From the NCBI RefSeq assembly GCF_004010195.1, contig NC_057755.1, positions 9,215,306-9,279,305 on the forward strand: a stretch of 64,000 nucleotides of DNA, in the 5' to 3' direction. The position numbers and the translations under genes are program-made. The notes under the pieces were generated by a model. That model saw nothing but the letters and a program-made list of their open reading frames with translations, was not told the origin of the DNA and did no database searches. Below, in pieces: positions 35,681 to 47,940 of the stretch; position 1 is the stretch's first letter; each line of letters opens with the position of its first letter. The stretch is from Chiloscyllium plagiosum (taxonomy: Eukaryota).

Positions 35681-36735
35681 GTGAGCGTGGTTTAAAATTT
35701 CTATTGTGAATCTGTGTGAATTGCCTCAGACTTCCAAGCCTACAATATTTTTCGGATCTCAGTGATACAAAGGCAAAGTTTTCCCTTATTGACTCATAAA
35801 TCATCTATTCACATTGTTCTTGTTGCACTGAACTGATAATTTTGTTGATCTCGCCATATGTTTAAGGGGTGAAACGTGCGAGAAATGACTGACAAAGTAA
35901 ATGTAATGTGGATGCTTCCTCATGCTGGGCAATCTAGAACTAGAGATCGTAGTTTTAGAATGGGGCCAAATTTCAGACGGCTATAGGGGAGATTTATGTG
36001 TCTTAAATGAAGGTCAATTCTGAAATTCAATACCCCATTGAATCGCAGAATAAACCTAAGGAATAGGCAGACAGATTTCACTTGCAAAGCAGGGCAGGAT
36101 ACCACTGCATGTGAAATTATGATGCATATGAATTCCTGTTCAGTCTGTATAGGTTTACTCCCCACATATCTTTTATCAGGACGTAACCATTCAGCGAAAT
36201 GATTCATGTCTTTGAGATTCACGAATCCCACGTGTATCTTTGCTGTTTGTCCTCCTCATTGATCTTTGCAAACTTGTAACCAACCACTATTTTATTACAT
36301 CTTTGCCATAATTCCAGTGTAGTTCTTAATCTGGAAACCATAATTTGCAATGTGTTAGTGCCAGAAATCTTCATTACGTTTCAGAAGTATTTTAGTGTGC
36401 TTTGCAATGCCAATGCATAAAGGTCAGTGGACAAAGTGATAGAACATGGGATTCGATTAGGAATGTTTTTTGAGCAGAGAAGATTTCGATGTTTCAAAGG
36501 GCCATTCTGTTGCAATCTGAGGAGAACAGAAATTCTGTGTAATCTCATCAAACGAACGTCATTTGGAGTGAGGAGGTTTCTTGTTAATTATAAAGCCATG
36601 ATACCCAGTTGATAACTTCTAGTTTCTGGAGTTAACATCTGCATAACCACGTAGTTTACAATTGATGATAACTTGTGTATTGAAGTTTCAAAAACAAAAT
36701 TGAGTAAGCATTTATTTCCTCTACCGTTCTTACAG

Positions 36736-37664
36736 CAAACGTGATGACTATTGTCGTTCTTGTACGAGGAAACTGCGGCCTTTCTAAATGCATATCTGTA
36801 TACTTGGTTTCCATGGCGGCAGCAGACCTATTGGTTGTAATCAATGATGTAGTAGTTTACAACATTCTTATGTATCACTTTCCATATTCTTTTCTGTCTC
36901 TGACCCATATTTGTAAGTTTAATTTTTACATGCGTTGTGTTATACTCAATTCCTCGTGCTGGTTCACAGTCACCTTCACGTTTGATCGCTTTGTCATCAT
37001 CTGTTGTCCAAAATTTCAGACAAGGTATTGTACTGTGCGAATTTCAGCCACAGTTATAACAGTGATCTCTGTCCTCATGTGCATCAAGGATATCCCAGTT
37101 TTCTTTGCATATGAACATGAACACGTTATCAAACACGTGAAATGGAATTGTCAGTCAAGTGTGACATTTTTTTCCTCAATTGCAGGAGTGGTGTACATCT
37201 GGTCTTTCAGCGTCTGTTTAGTTTGGTTTCCTTTCATTTTAATTGTCTTATTTAAGTCTTTGACGGGCAGACATATTCTCGTGAACAGTAAAGCCCGCAG
37301 AACGCTTCGGGGTCACACAGTTGACAATCAACGTGATACTGAGATGACGAATCGGATGAAATCAATTGTTTTACTCTTTGCCATCTCCGGAAGTTTCGTT
37401 CTGCTGTGGATGACAACTGTGCTAAACCTTGTAATTAACAGACTGACAAATCCTACTTATTATCGAGGAGATCTTGGAAATCCAGCATATATTGCTGTCG
37501 AAACTGGAGCCATGCTGAGGTATTTGAGTTGCTGTTCAAACACGTGCATCTACGCAGTGTCCCAGAGAAAATTCAGAGAAGAACTTGTCAATGTTTTGAA
37601 ATGGCCCTGTGCATTCATTTTAAAGTGGTTAGAAATGAAAGGAAGACAGTTAAAAATACTTTGA
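36736..37664 (+). CDS. GPR139/GPR142-like orphan GPCR, copy 3 (intact), coding exon 2; spliced product 332 aa, 7TM class A
   Basis: Pyrimidine tract + TACAG| acceptor, then ANVMTIVVL, MAAADLL (TM2), ICKF and ECL2 WNC (disulfide Cys), FTFDRF (TM3), WFPF (TM5), SGSFVLLW (TM6), SNTCIY (TM7), SQRKFREE (helix 8). Uninterrupted ORF 36741-37664. Confidence 0.92.
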
Positions 37665-37849
37665 ATGCAATTTTAGGCAAGTTTTGTATCATATTTGGAC
37701 TTTTTTGTCATGGCGGCATAAGGATGATTAATGGAGAAGAAAAAAAAAACATTTGTTCTACTTATCGCATTCAGCAAGATTGTGATGTTTGTGTTATTGC
37801 ACATTTCCGACCCTCAGTATTTCTTCATTTTAATGTATGTATGAATATA

Positions 37850-39780
37850 GGAGGTTGCGTTTCACATTCGGGCAAATTACTCAAGTGTAAGCAAAACACA
37901 CTTCAATTTCACATTACGTTAAAAATGCAGGCAAGAGATATGTAAAAGAATGGGCTTAACTGCCACTCTAGGGAAATACATAACTCCTGCTAATTAACTG
38001 GTCCAATATAATACCATCCCTTAAACACCCCCCCGGTAAAGGCAAATGAATTCAAACAGATTTTCTCGCAAGCGATTCTAGTAGCAGGAAGAGAACCACG
38101 GCTTTTATTTGAAACAGAGACAGGGTTAGGAGCTCCCAATTCCAGCTTCAAGGTCCCCAAAACTGAACAAAGTTGAAACTAAAAATCTTCCTTCAGTGTG
38201 AACTTCACCCCAGTCGTTTTGATTATTCGCATTGTACCACTTCTGTTTAATTAAAAAGAGGACCTCACATGTGTATTACTTGATTTACTTCTATCAAAAC
38301 ACTAGAAGCTCGATCTTAACTTCCTTCATAAAAGAAAACTGGACAACAAACACCTCTGAAAGCTTTAGTATCGTTACAACACACCACATATCTACCATAA
38401 CTCTACACAACAATATGTAGAGGGTTTTATTGTATAATACATCCAGCCTTATTCCATCAGTACACCCTATATATATAGTTGACTCCAAGCAGGCAAATAT
38501 TCACTACAGCAAACCATTTCAGTCAATTTCTCTCCTGCTACTGATCAATCTGCCTTCAGTCATCAAATTCACGACAACACATCGTCCATTGTGTTCTTAA
38601 TTCCTGCAATGATTATAATTTTCAAATTAAATAGATGCAATAATAACACCATCTAAACGCTGGTATTTGTACTTTCAATTTTTTTTCCAAACAGGCTTTG
38701 AGGGGGAATTATCAGGTTATGCAATTGTCTCAGGTATGATACTTGTAATATAACTGTTTAGCATGTACTAAAAGGTTTGTAGCTGAGTGTCTGGATGTTA
38801 TAAATGCTGAAATGTTGCCACGCAAACACCAAACCCAAGATCTGCTTCTCAATTGTGGAATACTTGTGTTAACGATTACACAGTTTTGTGGAAAAAGTCC
38901 TGAAAATCTTTCTATTATCTCATCATTCTCTTGCAAGTGTACAGCACTGACACCGACATTACTTGCTTCAATACTCAGCTTAAGTAACATTCCATAATTA
39001 AATGCGTCTAAGATTGGGTCATTGGTTAACACAGTTTTGAGGCAGTCAAATTCCTACTAACATTCCTCGATTAACTTAAGTGTTCTGCATTTCTTCAACA
39101 AGCTAGCAATAAAACAACAAATGCTAAAAATTGTAACAAGCTTCTGTTAAATAACATACCAACACAGGACTTCCAGTACGTCCCTTTTCATCAATGGTAC
39201 GCCAAAATATCCAATAACCGTTTTTTTTTCACATCAAATGGGACCAGCTGCCCATGTCCAAAAACATCGCCCAGGAATGGGCCCCGTGCTATTGTGAACT
39301 CATCTTCAGTGAGCGGCACGGTGGCACAGTGGTTAGCGCTGCTGCCTCACAGCGTCAGAAACCCGGGTTCAATTCCCACCTCAGGTGACTGACGGTGTGG
39401 AGTTTGCACGTTCTCCCCGTGGCCGCGTGGGTTTTCTCCGGGTGCTCCGATAGTGTTAGGTAAGGGGTAAATGTAGGGGTATGGGTGGGTTGCGCTTCGG
39501 CGGGTCGGTGTGGACTTGTTGGGCCGAAGGGCCTGTTTCCACACTGTAATGTAATCTAATCTAATTTTTCATCAAGCCTGCCTCCTTAAGTTGATTGAAT
39601 AATTTCCATCGATGTTTCAAATGTTCCTCTCTTGTGTGACTAAAATGAACAGATCATTGATGCACACGGAAAAAAGCAATCAATATTTCCGAAATGATTT
39701 TATTCTTTCGTCTTTGCAAAGTGGCTAGGACAATTTTCTTTTCAGTTAAACTGCATAACATTACTGTCGTACAGCCAAAT
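37850..39780 (-). mobile_element. Gypsy-type LTR element fragment (RT/RNase H plus probable LTR), interrupted by a SINE
   Basis: Minus-strand ORF 38730-39032 LTNDPILDAFNYGMLLKLSIEASNVGVSAVHLQE is a Gypsy RNase H start. RT remnants reach about 39760. Confidence 0.7.
39310..39565 (+). mobile_element. HE1-like tRNA-derived SINE (young, internal deletion)
   Basis: GCGGCACGGTGGCACAGTGGTTAGC...GGTTCAATTCC...CACACTGTAATGTAATCTAATCTAA. Confidence 0.9.
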
Positions 39781-40473
39781 TGGTTTAAGAGGTGATTTGA
39801 TAAGTATCGTGAAGAAAAATAAAGCTAAAGACAGGGTTTGTAAAATAGAACATTTCCAGTGATTGAGAATTCGGGAATGAGAGACATAGTCTGAGAATTA
39901 GGGGCAGAGGGCTGAATTACGAAGCAATTTTACACAATAACGAAAGTGATGGTTGGTTCAATTGATCATTTTACAATGGCGTTCAATATTCTTGTATTGC
40001 AATGATATCAAAAGAGATGAGCCAAAGTGAGTTCCCACATCGTCCATGATCTCAATAAATAGCTGAAGACGTTCGTTGGTCAAAATGGCCTCCTTTCGTA
40101 CTAGAGGTATTTTATTGCTTTTATAGTGGATATGTTGAAAGTCAGATCAGTGATGCTCTGATCAAGTGACGCAGGAGGCTCGAGGAGGCTACATAGGGCT
40201 ACTTGTGGTATTTTGCTCATAACCTCAACTACATTCTCATTTATGTCATGATTTGTTGGGGAAAAACTTAAATCACGCCTCTCACGTGATTGATCAAAAA
40301 TAGTCACATACACGCAAATTTGTGAAGCGTCTACAACAGATTTTCACTCATGACAGACCTCGCCCATTCCTTTGAGAGGCGATGTGCCATTACTACAGGA
40401 TGTGCCCTCTCATACTGATGTATAGTGTTGCTGAGTGTGTCACATCAAGCAGAACTTACATCTTCATAGGAAA

Positions 40474-40543
40474 ATGGAAAAGCCACTGACTGTACTGATT
40501 AAGGAGATATATTAACTAATTATTGCATTTGTAGTTTTCTCTG
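40474..40543 (+). pseudogene. Orphan pseudo-exon 1 of a GPR139-like GPCR (copy 4): MEKPLTVLIKEIY*LIIAFVVFS
   Basis: Exactly 70 nt, shares IKEIY with copy 3. In-frame TAA at 40513-40515 and donor changed to ATGAGC. About 110 nt upstream aligns with the copy 3 promoter/5'UTR. Confidence 0.8.
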
Positions 40544-42356
40544 ATGAGCCATGTGATCTTATATAATGTTTGTAAGATCTCGGCAATGCATTCTCTGGTG
40601 TTTTACCGATCAGTTTTCAACCAACTATCCACGTTGTCCCAGTCTCAGTGAAGTAGTAATCTTGCTGATGATGTCATAACTTTGAAGCATGCCAAATGCT
40701 AAATTGGATTGGCAGAGTAGACAGAGACAGGATGTTTACTCAATGGGCGAGTTATGTTTCGGGAGGTCATTGGAATGGGATCAGGTGGAGTAGATATGGA
40801 GCAGATTCATGGAGAAATTACCTCTCGCAAACGATTGTGAACGTGTGAATTTCAATGCTCCCAGAGTATGGTGGAATTCGGAAGCTAATTGAATCAACAG
40901 AAATAGGAGATGGACATGTATTATATTAGTAATGAATTAAATGGTTGTGAAGAGCAGGCAGAAAAATGTCTTTGAAAAAAAATGAGCTCAGTTATGTTCA
41001 TATTTCCTGGTGGAGCAGGTTCAAGGGACTGAATGACATAATACACCGCCCAATTCTTCTCTTCCTATAATGGCTAACTCTGGAAAATTTACATTTCCTA
41101 ATCATAAAACATCTCCTGAGATTAATTTAGCACGATTTCCTTTTGATTGCTTAAAAATATGACAGGATTGAGATTAGAGTTTCAGTTATCCCTATCCGTA
41201 TCACCCGAATCTTTACAGCATTAAATTTGTCATAACTCGCTGAATGTGAACTTAACCACATGATGGAAATTTCGCCCGTAGTAAGATGAATTAACATCTC
41301 AACAAAATTCCTTCTCAACATCCTTAACTTCACAAAGAATAGTCACATTTGTTCCAACTTTATACGGTGACTAAGTTTCTTTGTATCTCGTCCAAACTGT
41401 CTCTTATTCTCTGCACACAGTCTGGAACCACACAGCTTGGCAATGTTATGGAAAATGAATCAGTCCAATTGGAATACCGCAGACATTTGAAAATCTGTCC
41501 CTCCTTGGTAATTTATGAATTCTCCTTTATGAGTAATGTAAATCATGAACTGAATGTAATGAATTTGTAAATTGGGATGCATTTTTTAAAAAATCGAATA
41601 GTCATTTGAAATGCAAAAAAAAGAGAACCCTGTATTGTGGAGACATAATTTTATGTCACAAAACTCAACCGTTGAACAAAATGTACATCTCACCGCTGGA
41701 AATTTTGGATCGTGTGCAGTGCTAGAACGTTTTTAATTAGGAGAACGTGATTGCACTTGAGAGGATCCCGAGCTTATCTATCAGAATGTTGTCTGGGCTC
41801 GAGCGAATCATTCATGAAGAGAGATTGCTTAGATTGATATCACTAGCATTGCAGCAGAAGAGGTTGGGAATAGATGTGTATGAAACATTATTATTAGAAT
41901 CTAATGAACTATTAGAAGCATTGACAGGGAGGACGAACTAAACTTTTCCCTTTATTGCAAGTGTCAATAACCATGGGGCCTGGAAGTAAACTAAGGTCAG
42001 AAGGCTTGGACGAAATGAAACGAAAATTATTTTCATCCAGATGGTGATGGGAATCTGGAACGCAATACAGTTAAGACTGCCAGAGGCTAAGCCCCTCATA
42101 ACGTTAAAAAATATGGTTTGCAATACCAATGCATACACGGGTTTTGGGCCAAAGGCTGCAAAATGGGATTAGAACAGTTAGATGTTTTGTTTTAACTGTT
42201 GAAGATTTCATGTGCTGAAAGTGTGTTTTATTTGCGTTAATCCTTCGGAAATCTATGACTTTTAGTGAAATGTCATGGTCACCACATGAAATTCAGATTA
42301 TCAGTATGTTTGACATTTTGAGCAGATTGTGTTCACTAATCAGTAAGTCATGGCAG

Positions 42357-42497
42357 TCAAGAGTGTGATGCTGGAAAATCACAGCAGGTCAGGCAGCATT
42401 CGAGGAGCTGGAGAATCGACGTTTCAGGCATAAGCCATTCGTTCCAGGTCCACACTCTTGACTCTGATTTCCGGCATCTGCAGTCGTCACTTTCTAC
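42357..42497. mobile_element. Penelope-derived pLTR insertion with 13-bp direct repeat TAAGTCATGGCAG
   Basis: Repeat at 42344-42356 and 42498-42510; body matches 55735-55810. Confidence 0.8.
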
Positions 42498-44999
42498 TAA
42501 GTCATGGCAGGCAGTCAGCAATATCACTCGCTCGTTGCTCAGCTAAGAATCTTTTTCTCTCCCTCTCCTCTCTCTCTTTCTCTGTCCCTACCTCTTTCCT
42601 CCCTCTGTCTTCGTTTAATTTCAAAGAATTTAAGTTTTTCTGCCGGTACTGCACTTGTCTTTCGCTGTCAAACCTAAGTGTTTGAGTAACTCCCTTGAAA
42701 TTACAGCTATACGTTTGTCATGGTTGAACAAAAATCTAACTTCATTTCAGTTCTAAAACTTCTGATGTTTTTCTGTCCTTCTAAACGTTCTTTGCTAATT
42801 TGAGAATCATCTTCAAATCCAAAAACCTCTCGAACAATTTTAAGAGCCATGTCTCTAACTGCTAATTTAATCAACCACAGTTCATCAAAAGTAACCACGT
42901 GTTGTCACCTATGTTTTATTTCAAGATCTAGGGCACTAACCTGCAAGAGTTTAAATCTGCTGGGAATTTTCGCACCCTTAATGTATTCAAATCTGCGTAA
43001 ACCAGTTCAAATGCCTGACGAAAGCGAACAGAGTGTTTCGAGATGAGGGGAACCTCCCAACACCGCCCCCCGCCCCCGCGGCTAATCTACACCAGCAACA
43101 CGGAAGTGATTTAACCCGTGGTGTAATCTGTTAAATTTCGAGAGGCCAAGAACTGTCACAAAGGTTTTTGAATGTAACAATTAACAACTTCATTTTTTTT
43201 TGGTATCTAACAGAGAGTAAGTAACACCCGATCTATATACAACTCCTTTCTCTAACCTATCTTTTACTTTCCCTTCTCTCATACTGGTCTGATAAACCCC
43301 CGAATAAGATTTACCAAAATAGTTCAAAGTTTAAAACCAGCTGGATGTCGAAACTTCTCTTTGTATCTCCTGGTGTCTTCATTTTTTCTTCTGAAGTTTT
43401 CTGTTGACATGTCATTGCTAAATAAAGATACCTTTAAAAGAGCAATAATGGCGGCGGTCTGCACATGGTGATAGTTTGTCACTTCTCCCCCGAGTGTTCC
43501 TTTTTTCCCGATTTTATACCCCAAAGCATCGGATCATTTCATTCGTTTTTAATATTGTCAAAATACCAAATTCATACTTTATTGTCGTTTAGTAACTTGG
43601 GGCATAATGAAAACGGATTGGCCGAATTTGGATTTGATTTTTATATCGTAGCATCATAGGTTCTGTTTGCTGCTGGGCCAAAAATTACATTGCAAATTCG
43701 CCCGCACTGTGTGTGTGTGCTAATTTGCTCAACTGTATTAAAGGTGCAGTACACCTTACAGCCACATAACATAAACAAAGCACTCAAGTGTTCTGGAGAT
43801 CGGGAAGGAAAGTGGTGTTCAGGTCGTGTTGAGATCAGATGTGAATGTAACATCGAGGGGCTAAATGCCTTTCTTTCTTTCGTAGCTCTTATATTCTCTG
43901 TTCTAATCTATTCAGTAGCTTCACATTCTTCCGAGAGTATTGCACCTGTAACTAAGCACAATAATCCAACTGAGACAGAACTAGTGATTTTCACACATTG
44001 AACATAAACTGCTTTCTCTTGTACTCCGTGCCTAAAAGCAATTAACCAGGGATGAATGGCAATTTATTAATCAGCCTCTCAAACTATACTATACCAGCTG
44101 CAGTAATACATCCACACAACTCCCTCTTTGTCAGCAATCTAAGATGATACATTGTTTAAACATGTCTATCTTTGTGTCAAATCGATCAATGTCTTTTTTG
44201 AAGAAGTTTCATCACTGACTGTTTTAATATGATAATGCCACACATCAAATACATAAATATTTTATTTCATGCGTATGAAACGAAATGCTTTGTGATAAAT
44301 AAAATGGCAATGCAGTAGAATCAAAATCAGGTCGTCTTTCTGGAATGTAAAGGAAAGGGTGTCGGGAAGATATTTTCAAAAATGTTGATTGTACCAGGAT
44401 AAATTGAGGCCCTGATTAGGAAAGTTAATGTGAAACTTAGATTTGATAATGGGTATGAAGAAAAAAAAACTCATGATCACGATTCACCCTTCTCTCATTA
44501 AGCCTGGCTTGAGTGCTGCCAAAAGGTCTTTGCAGCCCAACTGGAAACCAATACCAAGGATATGTCAGTGAATGAGATGAAGCGAGTAACATGAGGTGTG
44601 TAAGATAAAATAAACGCATGAATGATAAACATGAGACGATTGGCACTTTGACAATGATGAAGAAGTAAGTATTTTTTGCTGACGTTTAGACCATTAAACA
44701 TAAAACATAAAATTATTGACTTAAAGTAAACAGAAAATAATTTGCAAAGAAGCAGCAAGGAACTGATAGTTTACACAACAGGGAGACCTGAGGTACTGTC
44801 CTTAATACAGAAGGATTCAAATTCCAAAGGAGTTTTCAATGTCAAAAAGGGAAGGTAACGTCGAAAAATAGCTTCGTCCTTGGCCATATCAAACCTTTCT
44901 TCCACCATTTCAAGTACCTCTTTTTTTTAGATTGATGGAACACCGATGTTTGTAGTACCGCAAGTGTGTTCTGAGAAAGATTTGTACCATTTCAAGGCA

Positions 45000-45630
45000 A
45001 TCTCCCTCCGTGAGTCCCTCGTCAGATCCACACCCCCCACCAACCCAACCTCCACTCCCGGCACCTTCCCCTGCAACCGCAGGAGGTGCAAGACTTGCGC
45101 CCACACCTCCCCCCTCACCTCCCTCCAAGGCCCCAAAGGAAACTCCCATATCCACCACAGATTCACCTGCACCCCCACACACATCATCTATTGCACCCTC
45201 TGCACNNNNNNNNNNNNNNNNNNNNNNNNNNNNNNNNNNNNNNNNNNNNNNNNNNNNNNNNNNNNNNNNNNNNNNNNNNNNNNNNNNNNNNNNNNNNNNN
45301 NNNNNNNNNNNTCAGTCAAATCCATCGAACTCAGCACCGCCTTCCTAACCTGCAATCTTCTTCCCGACCTCTCCGCCCCCACTCCCGTCTGACCTATCAC
45401 CCTCACCTTGACCTCTTTCCACCTATCACATTTCCGACGCCCCTCCCCCAAGTCCCTCCTCCCTACCTTTTATCTTAGCCTGCTGGACAAACTTTCCTCA
45501 TTCCTGAAGCAGGGCTTATGCCCGAAACGTCGATTCTCCTGTTCCCTGGATGCTGCCTGACCTGCTGCGCTTTTCCAACAACACATTTTCAGCTCTGATC
45601 TCCAGCATCTGCAAACCTCACTTTCTCCTC
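45000..45630 (+). mobile_element. Penelope-like element 3' part (Cys/His linker, start of GIY-YIG endonuclease, pLTR), spanning an assembly gap
   Basis: LRESLVRS..PGTFPCNRRRCKTCAH..FTCTPTHIIYCTLC; downstream pLTR with a hammerhead-like motif at 45504-45531. Confidence 0.85.
45206..45311. other. Assembly gap (106 N)
   Basis: Run of n. Confidence 0.99.
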
Positions 45631-45659
45631 AACTCTTCAAAATGAACCAGGGGGCACCA

Positions 45660-46260
45660 TAAGATTGTAAGGGGAAGAAGTAGAATTCGGCCATTGATGC
45701 CGTTGAGTCTATTCTGCAATTCCATCATGTTTAATATGTTTCTCAAGCTCATTCTCCTGCATTTTCATGTAAACTTTGATCCTTTAACTATTCAAGAATC
45801 TGTTTATCTCCGTCTTTAGTACGCCCAATGACTTGTAGTTCACAGTATTTTCTGGCAATGTATTCCATAGAGTCACCACCCTCTAGTTCAAGAAATTCCT
45901 TTGCATCTTATTTCGAACAGGTCTTCCTTTAAAATGAAGTTATGGTCACCAATCCTCGACTGTCTGACTGGTGGATCATCTTCTCTGTGTGCTGTGTCGC
46001 TCAGCCTCTCAGCATCCTGTAATTTTCAATTACATCCCCCTCATCGTTGTAAACACCGACAACGGTCATCACAAAATAATGTAACAGTCCTCGCACGCCA
46101 TCCCGTTCATTCTTGGGATTATTGTTATGCACTTCCTGTGGATCCCCAAGCCTAGGACCTCGGTCCTGAGGTACAGGGCCAAACTGCTCACAGTCTTCCA
46201 ATTCTGGTCTGATGAGAGCCTTATATATCCTCAGAAGTACGTCCCTGATCATATTGTGTA
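45660..46260 (-). mobile_element. CR1 3' fragment
   Basis: Minus ORF RDVLLRIYKALIRPELEDCEQF. Confidence 0.75.
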
Positions 46261-46848
46261 AACTAGACTTAGCTTTTTAACATGTCCTCTCGAATGAAAA
46301 GTTTGAAATGCCACCACTTGCAGCACGTCTTCGATGCCAGTAACCTAGGTGTACTCACTTAAACATTTGGCATGAAATGGAAAAATGAAAAAGATATCCA
46401 ACCTTAGACTCAAAAGCAAAACTTAAACGGAAGTATCCTCAGTTTAAAGAAAATCCTTAAAGCAGTTATGCTTTCTCCTTCACTGGGCCAAATCTCCAGA
46501 CCAAGCATGTCATCAAAATTTGAGGCCTGTCTTACTGTCCACAAAACACCTCAACCTCCCCCCACCAACCCCCACCGTGATGGCTTCCCGTCCTTGACTT
46601 GCTTCCCCACTCCAGTCTCCAGTCCATGTGTCACTTCTCCAGTTCAGTCTCCTGTGCGGGACTTGGCTCCAGGTTCCGAGGTCCGGTCTCATTTCCAGGA
46701 ATGACATCCCCACTCTGTTCTCCAGTCCAACAGTAACATCACCACTCCAGTCTCAAACCTGTGCTTCCCGTTCTCCCTGCAATATCCCGTCTGGGAGTCA
46801 TTTCGACACTGCAGTCATTAGTCCAGGACTCTGCACCCTGCTCTGGTC

Positions 46849-47040
46849 TAGATTAGATTAGATTAGATTACTTACAGTGTGGAAACAGGCCTTTCGGCCC
46901 AACAAGTCCACACCGCCCCGCCGAAGCGCAACCCACCCATACCCCTACATTTACCCTTTACCTAACACTACGGGCAATTTAGCATGGCCAATTCACCTGA
47001 CCTGCACATCTTTGGACTGTGGGAGGAAACCGGAGCACCC
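46849..47040 (-). mobile_element. 5'-truncated HE1-like SINE
   Basis: (TAGAT)n tail and 3' body matching 20346-20520. Confidence 0.88.
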
Positions 47041-47209
47041 ACATTCTGAAGCACAAAAAAGTCAGTAAACTGATGTTTGACATGAACGAGTTGTGGACTG
47101 GAATCCCCAACCCCACGTCAATTTGAATGCCTCCTATATTTTGGTGCAAATCGTTCTAAAGCAGAGATCATGATTCATCCAGATATAGCAACTGGTCTTG
47201 TGCAACATC

Positions 47210-47940
47210 GAACTCGAAAGGAAGTGCAGGAGCACAGGGATCTGGGTACACATGAGCACAGAATGTGGCAGGACAGGTCCCGAGATCAGATGAAAAGCAC
47301 GCAGAGTTCTCAGCTCAATTAAAAGGACACACAGTATAAAACTAAGGAGGCAACATCAAACTTTAAAAAGGAACTTGTTGAGTATTTTGCACAGTAATAT
47401 ATTTCCCACATAGAAGGAAAGATATGAAAGCAGTGTATGAGCACAGAAGCAATTGAAGAAATGGTGTCAGGCATGAGATATTTCATGAATGAGGATGGAT
47501 TGAAGACGCTGAGAGTGCTCTTCTTGGAGATAATACGAATGAGTGGATATCAAAATCGAGAGGGGGCGAGAACGTGTCGATGGGAAGAAATTGATTCTGA
47601 TGAAAAAAAGAACGAGAACGAGAACGAGAGTGTAGAGATTAAGTCATCTGTAAAATGAGGATGTTGAAATGAGTAACAAAACATCTGCCTCTGGGTTCTC
47701 ACAACATTTCCCCTGCTTGAAATTATATTGGAAGCAAATCCACTTCAGGCCTTATCTAAGACAACAGATACATTTTGCGGGTGTGTTGGGGGGGGGGGGG
47801 GGGGGAGGGTGAGAGAAAGTCGCAAGGATATGAGGCTATAGTCGATGATTGGCACTCGGTAATGTTTCTCATTTAATGGAACAGTGCTAACACGATGGCC
47901 AAAAAGCGGCCTTGCGTACTGGAAGATTTCAAAGATACTG
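47210..47940 (+). mobile_element. Highly decayed CR1 fragment
   Basis: CAGGGATCTGGGTACACATGAGCACAGA and following sequence resemble CR1 ORF2 C-terminus. Confidence 0.5.

Noticed and set aside
39310..39385. tRNA-like A/B boxes (also about 3100-3170 and 20560-20631)
   Set aside because: These are SINE heads continuing into SINE body and tail, not tRNA genes.
45644..45659. Second CTCF-like motif GAACCAGGGGGCACC
   Set aside because: 5' half of the consensus is missing and it sits at a junction between two TEs.
47788..47810. Poly-G run with G-quadruplex potential
   Set aside because: Homopolymer within a decayed CR1; no evidence of function and length is unreliable.
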